From Candidatus Blackburnbacteria bacterium RIFCSPLOWO2_01_FULL_40_20 (GTDB lineage Bacteria; Patescibacteriota; Microgenomatia; UBA8517; UBA10165), in NCBI GenBank assembly GCA_001816475.1, contig MHCC01000013.1:1-62220 (forward strand): a stretch of 62,220 bases of DNA, written 5' to 3'. Below the pieces are notes generated by a model. The model saw only the letters and a program-made list of their open reading frames with translations. It made no database searches and was not told the origin of the DNA. This document shows, piece after piece, positions 15,889 to 24,521 of the stretch; position 1 is the stretch's first letter, and each line of letters starts with the position of its first letter. The position numbers and the translations under genes were made by a program.

Positions 15889-15943
15889 AAAAATGCCGGG
15901 ATCTCCCTTCGACTTCGCTCAGGGTAAACTTCTCGATCCCAGG
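15889..15943 (-). terminator. terminator-like hairpin directly after the ftsZ stop
   Basis: Minus-strand CCUGGGAUC...GAUCCCGG (8 bp with one bulge, large internal loop with an inner CCCU/AGGG stem), followed by CAUUUUUG. Confidence 0.4.
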
Positions 15944-15945
15944 TT

Positions 15946-17109
15946 TTAGCGCCCTTGGCGCAAAAACGCTGGTATCTCGAACTCTTCTCCCCACTCATCT
16001 TTCCCATTAGGCTTTTTGTTAACTTCTTCTATGGTTTGAGTTGGCTCTTCTTTCTTGTCAATTACATTTTTATTTACTTCTCCTACCAATCCTGCTGTTT
16101 GTTCAACCGGCTTTGGGCGAGATACGTTAACCATTCTTCCCAGTTTTGATCGCATTTGGTCAAATCCAGTTGCAACAACTGTAATTCTTAGTTGATCTGA
16201 TAGTTTTTCATTAATTGTTGCTCCAAAGATTATATTGGCATCAGCGTCCACCGTTTCAGAAATAATTCGCGCCGCCTCATCAACCTCGTTCATTGTCATG
16301 TCCAACCCTCCGGCAATATTAAACAGAACCCCCTTTGCGCCTTCTATAGAAAGATCAAGAAGTGGAGAGGATATTGCGGCACGCGCTGCCATTTGGGCCC
16401 TATTTTCACCAATTCCAGTACCAATCCCCAACAAGGCCGACCCTGCATCTCTCATAATAGTTCTAACATCTGCAAAGTCTACGTTTATAAGGCCTGGGAT
16501 AGTAATAATTTCTGCAATCCCCTGAACTCCTTGGGTTAAAACTGAATCAACCACTTTAAATGCGTCCAAGAGTGACACTTTACGGTCGATTACATCCATC
16601 AAACGCTGGTTGGGAATAACGATTAATGCGTCCACGCAATCTGCCAATTTTTCAATCCCGTCTTCTGCAGAAACTGCACGTCTGGCTCCCTCGAAAGCAA
16701 AAGGTTTTGTAACGATAGCAACGGTTAAGGCTCCTGATTCTCTTGCAATTTGCGCAACAACTGGAGTTGCCCCAGTTCCTGTTCCACCACCCATACCTGC
16801 AGTTAAGAAAACCATGTCAGAATCAATAAGAAGTTCTTTTATTTTCTCGCGAGATTCCTCAGCAGCTTTTTGACCGACCTCGGGATCTCCTCCAACACCA
16901 AGACCTCTCGTAATTTTTTCACCAATTTGAAGTTTTGTGTCCGCGCTGTTATTGAGAAGTACTTGTGCGTCGGTGTTCATCGCTATGAACTCAACCGCGT
17001 CAATCTTAATCTCATGGATCATGTGGTTTATGGCATTTCCACCCCCACCTCCAATTGAAATAACTTTTATTTTTGCCAACCTTGACGTATCCGGCTTAAC
17101 TAATGCCAT
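15946..17109 (-). CDS. ftsZ: cell division GTPase FtsZ
   Basis: GGGGGNAINHM and GMGGGTGTGATPVVA tubulin signature. Confidence 0.97.
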   Translation of the reverse strand: MALVKPDTSRLAKIKVISIGGGGGNAINHMIHEIKIDAVEFIAMNTDAQVLLNNSADTKLQIGEKITRGLGVGGDPEVGQKAAEESREKIKELLIDSDMVFLTAGMGGGTGTGATPVVAQIARESGALTVAIVTKPFAFEGARRAVSAEDGIEKLADCVDALIVIPNQRLMDVIDRKVSLLDAFKVVDSVLTQGVQGIAEIITIPGLINVDFADVRTIMRDAGSALLGIGTGIGENRAQMAARAAISSPLLDLSIEGAKGVLFNIAGGLDMTMNEVDEAARIISETVDADANIIFGATINEKLSDQLRITVVATGFDQMRSKLGRMVNVSRPKPVEQTAGLVGEVNKNVIDKKEEPTQTIEEVNKKPNGKDEWGEEFEIPAFLRQGR

Positions 17110-17121
17110 ATAATAAAGCCC

Positions 17122-17149
17122 ATTTTAACATCCATTAGCCAAATTGCAA
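17122..17149 (-). promoter_or_regulatory. sigma70-like promoter TTGCAA-N16-TAAAAT for ftsZ
   Basis: -35 at 17149-17144 and -10 at 17127-17122 (minus strand). Only 12 nt separate the -10 box from the ftsZ ATG (17109). Confidence 0.45.
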
Positions 17150-17215
17150 TACAGACTTGGCCCAGTTATTTGCATGGTGTGGAAAAAAGAATTAGTGGGG
17201 TATAATTGATAACGC

Positions 17216-17845
17216 ATGAAGTCAAAAGTTTTCTTTTTCTTATTAAGTTTAAGTTTTGCGTTTCTTTTTTTCATTTTTACATATGCAGCTAAAAGAAATC
17301 TCTTTCAAGTGTTTGATTTTAATTTGACAGTAAAAATCCAAAATCGTACTTCATTAAAAGTGGATGATTTTTTGTCATCATTTAGTGCGTTGGCTTCGTT
17401 TGAAATTACTGCGCTGTTACTTTTCTTAATAATATTGGCAAGAAAAAAACTGCTTGGTTTTGTTGCACTAGTTGCTTTTGCAGTAATTCATGTCGTCGAA
17501 ATTTACGGGAAAACTCTACTTGACCACCCAGGTCCCGCAATGATGTTTTATCGCTCCGGCACTGTTTCTTCTATATTTCCTCAGTGGTACGTACATCCTG
17601 GTTCGTCTTATCCTTCTGGCCATAGTCTGAGAATAGTATTTTTGGGTTTACTAATTGCATACATGATTATTATAAGCAAAAAATTGAGTTTTAATACAAA
17701 AGCCCTTGCCAATCTTTTTATAGCAAGCATAGTTTTCTTAACTCTATATAGTAGAATAAGTCTAGGGGAACACTGGCCATCAGACGTTATCGGTGGATCT
17801 ATGCTTGGAGCAAGCGCAGCCTTATTTTCTCTTATTTTCTTTTGA
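17216..17845 (+). CDS. PAP2-family phosphatase (possible undecaprenyl-diphosphate / lipid phosphate phosphatase)
   Basis: YPSGHSLR and SRISLGEHWPSDVIGG are PAP2 motifs C2/C3. About 6 TM segments. Confidence 0.8.
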   Translation: MKSKVFFFLLSLSFAFLFFIFTYAAKRNLFQVFDFNLTVKIQNRTSLKVDDFLSSFSALASFEITALLLFLIILARKKLLGFVALVAFAVIHVVEIYGKTLLDHPGPAMMFYRSGTVSSIFPQWYVHPGSSYPSGHSLRIVFLGLLIAYMIIISKKLSFNTKALANLFIASIVFLTLYSRISLGEHWPSDVIGGSMLGASAALFSLIFF

Positions 17846-17848
17846 GTA

Positions 17849-19126
17849 TCAAGGAAGCAGTTTTTTGAACAGATCACTAAATTTCCCGACCGCGCCTTTA
17901 ACGGGCAAATCTTTGCCTATTTTTGAAAATATCCCAGTAGAAGTCCACTTTGGCGCAGTCTCTTGCTCGGTAATCCCAAAAAACAAAAGTCCAACACAGG
18001 CTGCGAACGCAGGATTTTCTACTTCCTCAATCAATCCAGTTACTCCCTTCGGAAAGCCGATCCGTGCCGGGAGCGATAACATTCGCCGCGCCGACTCTTG
18101 AGTACCTATACAAAGCGCACAACCGCCTGTAACTACAACCCCTGACGGAACTTTACCTATTACACCCTTGCTTGAAAGTTCCATTGCTACCATTGTAAAA
18201 ATCTCATTTAGTCGAGGTTTAATAATTCCATCTATTAAAGTTTTTTGGGATATTCTTTTTTCTCCATCCTCAATTCCAAGTTTTGTCATGTCCAAATCGT
18301 CTTCTGTTTCTAAATCTTCCGAGACTTTCTTTTTAGGGTTACTCAACGTGACTTTTAATTTTTCTGCAGACTCTAGAGATATTCTCAAACCCGCAGCAAT
18401 ATCATTAGTCACATTTTTTCCACCAATTGGAAAAACTGAAGAATGTATTATGGCGCCTTCCACAAATGCAGTTATCGACGTTGTTCCGCCTCCAATGTCG
18501 ATTAATACTACTCCTAACTCTTTTTCCGTATCTGTCAAAACTGAGAAACTTGAAGCAAGACCTGAAAAAACTAAGCCGTCTGGCACAATTCCCGCTTCAG
18601 AAATACATTTTGTGATGTTTTTTGCAGCAGTTGAGGATCCAGTAATCAGATGAGTTTGCACCTCAAGTCTAACACCACTCATTCCTTCAGGATCCTTAAC
18701 TTGTGTTTCGCCATCGACTTTATATTCTCGAGGAATTACATGCAAAATTTCCCTCGATTCAGGCATAGACATGGCACGCGCTGCGTCTATTACACGATCA
18801 ACATCCCCCGGCCCTATCTCCCCAGACGGATATGAAACCGCAACAACCCCGTGAGAGTTCTTAGATTCAATGTGTCCCCCACCGATCGTTACAAAGGCAT
18901 GGTCAAGGCTGTATCCAGCCATCCTTTCTGCTGACTCCACAGAGTTTATTACAGCCGAGGAAGCCTCATCGATATCAACAATCTGACCTTTTCTTACACC
19001 CTTTGAATCAACGGACGAAACTCCAACAATACTTATTTTTTCCTCTTCCTTGTTAAACTGAGCTATAAGAGTCGAGACTTTTGAAGATCCTATATCTATT
19101 CCTGCGATAACTTTTGCTTTGGACAT
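17849..19126 (-). CDS. ftsA: cell division protein FtsA
   Basis: Actin-like ATPase: GIDIGSSKV, VLIDIGGGTTSI, GVVVTGG. Confidence 0.95.
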   Translation of the reverse strand: MSKAKVIAGIDIGSSKVSTLIAQFNKEEEKISIVGVSSVDSKGVRKGQIVDIDEASSAVINSVESAERMAGYSLDHAFVTIGGGHIESKNSHGVVAVSYPSGEIGPGDVDRVIDAARAMSMPESREILHVIPREYKVDGETQVKDPEGMSGVRLEVQTHLITGSSTAAKNITKCISEAGIVPDGLVFSGLASSFSVLTDTEKELGVVLIDIGGGTTSITAFVEGAIIHSSVFPIGGKNVTNDIAAGLRISLESAEKLKVTLSNPKKKVSEDLETEDDLDMTKLGIEDGEKRISQKTLIDGIIKPRLNEIFTMVAMELSSKGVIGKVPSGVVVTGGCALCIGTQESARRMLSLPARIGFPKGVTGLIEEVENPAFAACVGLLFFGITEQETAPKWTSTGIFSKIGKDLPVKGAVGKFSDLFKKLLP

Positions 19127-19129
19127 ACT

Positions 19130-19852
19130 TTAAAACCTTAATACTGGATTACTATATCTCAAATCAATAATCCTTGGTAATTTACTATCAATTCTACTTC
19201 GTGTCAGGATCAATTGTAAAGCACCAACCAAAACTTGTGGATTTTTGTCTAGTGGAAAGAAAACTTTGGTACTATCAGCCAACTCTAGACTGAACACGTT
19301 ACCATCATAATATCCTTGACTCACACCTTGTGTTTTTTCTACCAACGACATGATCTGAACTGCTTGCGCGAATTCCTCTCCCAAAGACTTTCCAATAACT
19401 AAGGCCGCAGAACCTTCCTTGATAACGATCACAGACAAAGCGGTGTCGGAGGCAAATTCAATTACATTCGCATCTTGATCAACTAAAAAAACGCCTCTTG
19501 GTTGAACATCCATTTTCACTGCCACAATCGGTTTCTTCTTTTCCAAAACAACTACTAGCGTGTTGGGGAAAACCTTTTGTATAAAAACTCGTCTATTGCT
19601 AGAAAAGCGTTCGCCCAAACTTTTTACTAAGTTTTGGTTTAGAGTAAACAAATTTTTTCCTTTAAATTGGTAAAACATCTCAGTTTCCTGATCTGTGCAA
19701 ATACCGTACTGAGTTTTGCAATTTATTGATTCAATTGCAAGAAAGTTGCTCCTAAAAAGAAGTGCTCCTACAAAAAATAGAAAAATACAAACTACAATCC
19801 AAACAAAATTTCCACTTATTATTAGTCTGATTTTTCGGGCAATTTTACGCAT
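19130..19852 (-). CDS. ftsQ: FtsQ-type cell division protein (POTRA domain)
   Basis: N-terminal TM segment plus a POTRA-like region; located between murG and ftsA. Confidence 0.7.
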   Translation of the reverse strand: MRKIARKIRLIISGNFVWIVVCIFLFFVGALLFRSNFLAIESINCKTQYGICTDQETEMFYQFKGKNLFTLNQNLVKSLGERFSSNRRVFIQKVFPNTLVVVLEKKKPIVAVKMDVQPRGVFLVDQDANVIEFASDTALSVIVIKEGSAALVIGKSLGEEFAQAVQIMSLVEKTQGVSQGYYDGNVFSLELADSTKVFFPLDKNPQVLVGALQLILTRSRIDSKLPRIIDLRYSNPVLRF

Positions 19853-20946
19853 TAGGCTACCTCTTCCAATAAGGCTACTATCCCAGAAGCCGCCGAAGGT
19901 GGGACTAGTTTTTTCGCTAAAGAAGCGTTTTCGCTATAATTTTTATATTCATTAGTTATTTTTTCAACGGCTTGGAATAATATATCGGGAGTCAAATTGC
20001 TTTCAAAAATTATTATCGCAGCGCCCATATCCTCCAGCAATTTTGCGTTCTTAGTTTGCTCATCAGACTCGCTCCAAGAAATAGGGATAAGAATTGAGGG
20101 AATTCCTAGTGCCGCTAACTCACTCACAGTATTTGCGCCAGCCCTAGAGATGACAATTGAAACCTTTTTATATATTTCTTCAACTTCCCGAGGAGTGAAA
20201 TTAGCAGATACGAGATAATTATCTGAAGCCTGTTTTGACATGCTTTCTTTCTTTTCCATAGTTATTAAAAAATCAAGTTCTCCAGTTTGGTGAATTACTT
20301 CGCCCAATCGCGTTAGTTTATCAACAACTTTTGCCACGTTTTGATTTATAATTTGCGAACCCCTACTTCCTCCCGTAATGTAAATAATTGGCTGATCGGC
20401 CCTTACTTTTCGCGTGTCAGCTACTTTAAAGATCCCATATCTTACTGGATTTCCCGTCAACACAACCTTATCTTTAGGAAAATACTTGGAGCTTTCTTCA
20501 AATGAAATAGCGACATATCGAGCTGTTTTAGAAACTAGTCTGTTTGCAAGTCCTGAGGCTGTAGTTTGTTCATGAATAATAACCGGAATTCCCAATATCC
20601 AAGCCGAGACAGCAACTGGTACTGAAATATAACCCCCAAACGATAAAATGACATTCGGCTTTTCCTTTTTAAGTATCGAAAAGCTTTGACAAAAACCCAA
20701 AGCAAGTTTCCAAATATCGACAATATTTTCCACAAAAAACCTCCTTTGCAGCTTGTATGTCTTTATTGTATAAAACGGCACCTTTGTCTTTGGTAGAACC
20801 TGAGCTTCTAAGGTTTTTGCGTTCTGTCCACGAACAGCCTTTTCCTCACCAATCCAGCAAATCTCCCATCCACCTCTTTTTTGCAATTCTTCGATAACTG
20901 CAAGTCCAGGAGTAAAATGACCACCAGTTATTACGACTTTTTTCAT
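19852..20946 (-). CDS. murG: undecaprenyldiphospho-muramoylpentapeptide beta-N-acetylglucosaminyltransferase
   Basis: VITGGHFTPGLAV, ITGGSRGSQIIN, RAGANTVSELAALGIPSILIP. Confidence 0.9.
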   Translation of the reverse strand: MKKVVITGGHFTPGLAVIEELQKRGGWEICWIGEEKAVRGQNAKTLEAQVLPKTKVPFYTIKTYKLQRRFFVENIVDIWKLALGFCQSFSILKKEKPNVILSFGGYISVPVAVSAWILGIPVIIHEQTTASGLANRLVSKTARYVAISFEESSKYFPKDKVVLTGNPVRYGIFKVADTRKVRADQPIIYITGGSRGSQIINQNVAKVVDKLTRLGEVIHQTGELDFLITMEKKESMSKQASDNYLVSANFTPREVEEIYKKVSIVISRAGANTVSELAALGIPSILIPISWSESDEQTKNAKLLEDMGAAIIIFESNLTPDILFQAVEKITNEYKNYSENASLAKKLVPPSAASGIVALLEEVA

Positions 20947-20970
20947 AATTCTGTAGCGCAGCGAAAGATA

Positions 20971-22074
20971 TTAGTGCGCGCTTTTCCCTCCATTTTTTGA
21001 AATGTTTAGCAAAATCCCAACTGCAGTTAAGCTTATGGTTAGCGAGGATCCACCGTAAGACAAAAAGGGTAAAGGAACACCAGTCAAAGGAACTAACGCC
21101 ACGATTGCAGAAAAGTTAATGAAAGCCTGCACTCCAATTAAGGATGTGATGCCTACCGCCAGAAGCTTTCCAAAACTATCGTTTGTCCGCATTGCAAGCC
21201 TTAGCCCTCTCCATATTATAAACAGAAATGCCAATAAAATCGCTGAAGTTCCGAGGAGTCCTAATTCCTCCCCTATTACCGCCAAAATTGAGTCAGTTGC
21301 AGGTTCCGGTAAAAAAAGATACTTTTGCCTTGACTGCCCCAGCCCAACTCCCAAAATTCCTCCAGACCCGAGAGCTAGCAAAACTTGTCTAATGTGGTAG
21401 GAGGAACCCAGAGGGTCTGATGCTGGATTAAGAAAGGTAAGTAATCTCTCTTTTCTATAGCTTGATGTTAAAACAAATATTAACCCGAGAAGACCACCAA
21501 TTGGCAACATTGACATGAAGTACCGAATAGGAGCACCACTTGAAAAATAAATAATAACTGAAGTTATTGCAATTATTCCAGCTGTTCCCAAATCAGGCTC
21601 AAGCATTATAAGACCAACTGGAATTGATACTGCAAAAGCAAAAGACAAAAAATCTTTTTTGATTGAAAGTAGGGTTGCTAAATAAATTACTAGGGTAAGC
21701 TTTAGCAGTTCCGATGGTTGGATAACAAGAGGACCGAGATCTACCCAACGACGTGAGCCATGAAGAACCAGTCCAATCCCTGGAACTAAGGGTAAAACCA
21801 GCAAAATTAAAGATCCAAAAAAAAGTGGTAATGAAAATTTTTTTAGTAATTTATAATTAAATCTTGAAACTAAAAACATCGAAATTAATCCCAAAAAAAT
21901 CCAAAAAAGTTGATGTTTGCCGAAGTAGAAACGGTCTCCGAATGTGCGAGTTGCGTCAACTACAGAAGCATCCGTTACCATAACAACCCCAAAAATCGCC
22001 AATGCAAGAACTGTGATAAGAAGTTGCTTGTCGAGCATGGCACGATTACCAATAAATTTAGAAGTATGTTTCAT
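20971..22074 (-). CDS. ftsW: SEDS-family lipid II flippase/glycosyltransferase FtsW
   Basis: IQPSELLKL, EPDLGTA, LPEPATDSI, GVPLPFLSYGGSSL; located within the dcw cluster. Confidence 0.9.
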   Translation of the reverse strand: MKHTSKFIGNRAMLDKQLLITVLALAIFGVVMVTDASVVDATRTFGDRFYFGKHQLFWIFLGLISMFLVSRFNYKLLKKFSLPLFFGSLILLVLPLVPGIGLVLHGSRRWVDLGPLVIQPSELLKLTLVIYLATLLSIKKDFLSFAFAVSIPVGLIMLEPDLGTAGIIAITSVIIYFSSGAPIRYFMSMLPIGGLLGLIFVLTSSYRKERLLTFLNPASDPLGSSYHIRQVLLALGSGGILGVGLGQSRQKYLFLPEPATDSILAVIGEELGLLGTSAILLAFLFIIWRGLRLAMRTNDSFGKLLAVGITSLIGVQAFINFSAIVALVPLTGVPLPFLSYGGSSLTISLTAVGILLNISKNGGKSAH

Positions 22075-22081
22075 ATATAGA

Positions 22082-22141
22082 GAAGTACCACAAGCCTTTT
22101 TGCCCGTGGTACTTGTGGTACTTTTTATTCCCGTGGTACTT
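22082..22141. repeat. cluster of four AGTACCAC/GTGGTACT 8-mers (three direct, one inverted) in the mraY-ftsW spacer, able to form a 12-bp hairpin
   Basis: Plus strand: AAGTACCACAAG (22083-22094) pairs with CTTGTGGTACTT (22112-22123). CCCGTGGTACTT occurs at 22103-22114 and 22130-22141. Confidence 0.85.
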
Positions 22142-22144
22142 TAA

Positions 22145-23182
22145 TCAAATCACTGCCAACCACAAACCCAATATTGCTAAAATAATCCCAGCAAGCCATG
22201 TCCTCATAACTATTTTTGGCTCCTCCCAACCAGCCTTTTGCAGCCAAAGATGAATAGGTGCCATTGGCAGAATTGGCATTCCCAGGTACCTTCTACTCAA
22301 TATTTGAGTTAAGCTACTCATAATCTCGACTACAAAAATTCCACCAATAATAACCAAGGCGAGTATTTTGCCAGTTAACAATCCGATTACAGCCAACGTT
22401 GCGCCAAAAGACATAGCACCGCTATCTCCCATAAAAATCCTTGCGGGCCAAATATTAAAATAAAGAAACGCAATTAAGGCACCTATCCAAAGAGAAATAA
22501 ATATTGATAAAGGCGTGTCAAAAACTTTAGATGCGATAATCCAAAATGCAAAAAGGCATATTAATAAAACTCCGGCAGCTAACCCATCCAACCCGTCTGT
22601 AATATTAACTGCGTTAACAAAAGAAACAATCGTAAAAGCAGCAAGTGGTACATACCAAAATCCCAAATTAACCACTGTTTCAAATATTGGTATGTGAATT
22701 ATTGAAATATTTAAATTTTTGTAGATAAGGAGTGCAATCGTGAAGGCCAAGATCCATTGAAGCGCAAACTTATGCTTTCTTCGCAAGCCAACCCACATGC
22801 CAAGTTTTCCTTGTTCCATCTTTCCAAATAATTTAACAAAATCATCGTAAAACCCAAGGAGTGCAAACGAAAGAAAGGTGAAGAAAATTATTTGAATTTC
22901 TGAAGTTACATCAAACGCAGCGTACATGTATACACCCAAATAGGACACCAGCGGATAGACAATCGCAAAAAGAATCGAAACCGAAGCAACAATTATTATG
23001 CCACCACCCACAGGAGTTCCGGCTTTTTTGTCGTGCATCTTATCGAACAAAGGAACTTCACCCTTTTTAGGAGCTTCGACGCGCCTTGTAAAACGAAGTT
23101 TATAAAGAAGATTAATAAAAGGAACTATCAAAACCGCAGTTAGAGCAAAAGAAAACATCAAGAGACCAAGATCAAGTGCCAT
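22145..23182 (-). CDS. mraY: phospho-N-acetylmuramoyl-pentapeptide-transferase
   Basis: NAVNITDGLDGLAAG, FMGDSGAMSFGA. Confidence 0.95.
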   Translation of the reverse strand: MALDLGLLMFSFALTAVLIVPFINLLYKLRFTRRVEAPKKGEVPLFDKMHDKKAGTPVGGGIIIVASVSILFAIVYPLVSYLGVYMYAAFDVTSEIQIIFFTFLSFALLGFYDDFVKLFGKMEQGKLGMWVGLRRKHKFALQWILAFTIALLIYKNLNISIIHIPIFETVVNLGFWYVPLAAFTIVSFVNAVNITDGLDGLAAGVLLICLFAFWIIASKVFDTPLSIFISLWIGALIAFLYFNIWPARIFMGDSGAMSFGATLAVIGLLTGKILALVIIGGIFVVEIMSSLTQILSRRYLGMPILPMAPIHLWLQKAGWEEPKIVMRTWLAGIILAILGLWLAVI

Positions 23183-23212
23183 ACCACACTAATCATACCA
23201 AATCTCCCCTGC

Positions 23213-24475
23213 CTATTCCACCCTTTTTATGTTTGCCCCAAGAAACGACAATCTTTCTTCAAATTTTTCATATCCTCGGTCGACAATTTCTGCGTGTTCG
23301 ACTACACTCTCTCCCCGCCCCGAGAGGGCGGCTAACACTAAAGCCCCTCCCGCTCTAATGTCAGGGCTAGGAATCAACTGACCATGCAACTGACTCGGAC
23401 CAACCACAATAACTCTATGTGGGTCAGCAATTATTATATTGGCCCCCATTTTTATCAAATGATCAACAAAAAATATTCTCCACTCATACATCCAATCATG
23501 GCAGAGTACAATTCCGCGAGTTTGAGTAGATAAAACAATAAACTGGCTTATCAAATCTGTTGGAAAACCAGGCCAGGGCCTGGTTTTGAATACTCTTTGC
23601 TTTGCAATCAGTTCTGAAGGTCTAATTCTCAGTTCATCTTTAGCCGAAAATTCATATTCAACTCCCATTTTCCCAAGATACGCAAGGATAATTTTTAGAT
23701 CTTCAGGAATAGAATCTTTAATGTAGACGTCTCCGCCAGTTATAGCCGCTGCCACAGCAAAAGTTCCAACCTCAATATGGTCCGGCCGAACTTTATGTTC
23801 AACACCTCTAAGTTTTATTACCCCCAAGACACGAACGGTATTAGTTCCAGCGCCATTTATCTTTGCACCCATTTTAATAAGCATTTCAGCCAAGTCAACT
23901 ATGTGAGGTTCAGCTGCTGCACCTTCTATGACTGTTTCACCAGGAATGCAACTTGCGACCATTAGAGCCATTTCAGTTGCTGTAACTGAGGCTTCCTCAA
24001 GAAAAATATCCGCGGGCTTAAGCTTTTCTGCCGTGATTTCGTAACCTTTATAATCTCTATTACACTTTGCACCATACGCAGTAAGCATTGAAATATGGGT
24101 ATCAATCAACCTTTCGCCAACTGAATCTCCACCAGGTTTGGGTAGCGAAACTTTGCCAAACCTCATAACAAGGGGCGCCGCCAAAACGACAGATGCCCTG
24201 ATTTTGCCCATAAGCTCCCAATCAAGCTGCCAAGAATTTAAATTTGTTGGATCAATTTTAACCACCCCTTCGCCTTCAAAAGTGACTTTAGCGCCCAGCC
24301 CTTCAATAAGTTGCGCCATCGTTTCAACATCGCGAATTTGAGGGACATTAAAAAGAGTGGTCGGGGAGTCTCCAAGAAGTGAGGCGACCATTAACTTTAG
24401 TGCTGAGTTTTTGTTTCCTGCAACTTTTACTTCGCCAGAAAGTTTTACCCCACCCTGGATTATAAACTTCGCCAC
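23213..24475 (-). CDS. murA: UDP-N-acetylglucosamine 1-carboxyvinyltransferase, Asp-type active site
   Basis: GTG start. VAGNKNSALKLM, KPGGDSVGERLIDTH (Asp117 where E. coli MurA has Cys115), FPTDL. Confidence 0.9.
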   Translation of the reverse strand: MAKFIIQGGVKLSGEVKVAGNKNSALKLMVASLLGDSPTTLFNVPQIRDVETMAQLIEGLGAKVTFEGEGVVKIDPTNLNSWQLDWELMGKIRASVVLAAPLVMRFGKVSLPKPGGDSVGERLIDTHISMLTAYGAKCNRDYKGYEITAEKLKPADIFLEEASVTATEMALMVASCIPGETVIEGAAAEPHIVDLAEMLIKMGAKINGAGTNTVRVLGVIKLRGVEHKVRPDHIEVGTFAVAAAITGGDVYIKDSIPEDLKIILAYLGKMGVEYEFSAKDELRIRPSELIAKQRVFKTRPWPGFPTDLISQFIVLSTQTRGIVLCHDWMYEWRIFFVDHLIKMGANIIIADPHRVIVVGPSQLHGQLIPSPDIRAGGALVLAALSGRGESVVEHAEIVDRGYEKFEERLSFLGANIKRVE

Positions 24476-24521
24476 GTGCTAATTATACGATCCTTGTATT
24501 ATATTTTGTACACTCAAAAAA

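Noticed and set aside
15585-15945. T-box riboswitch upstream of ileS
   Set aside because: I found no T-box consensus (..GGUGGNACCGCG..), AG bulge or specifier-loop architecture. The terminator/antiterminator is better explained by the Ile-rich leader ORF.
16235-16873. Plus-strand ORFs (96 and 87 aa) inside ftsZ, and similar antisense ORFs inside ftsA, ileS, glyQS, murA and ftsI
   Set aside because: They are shadow ORFs antisense to, or out of frame with, highly confident conserved genes. They are low-complexity with no start signals.
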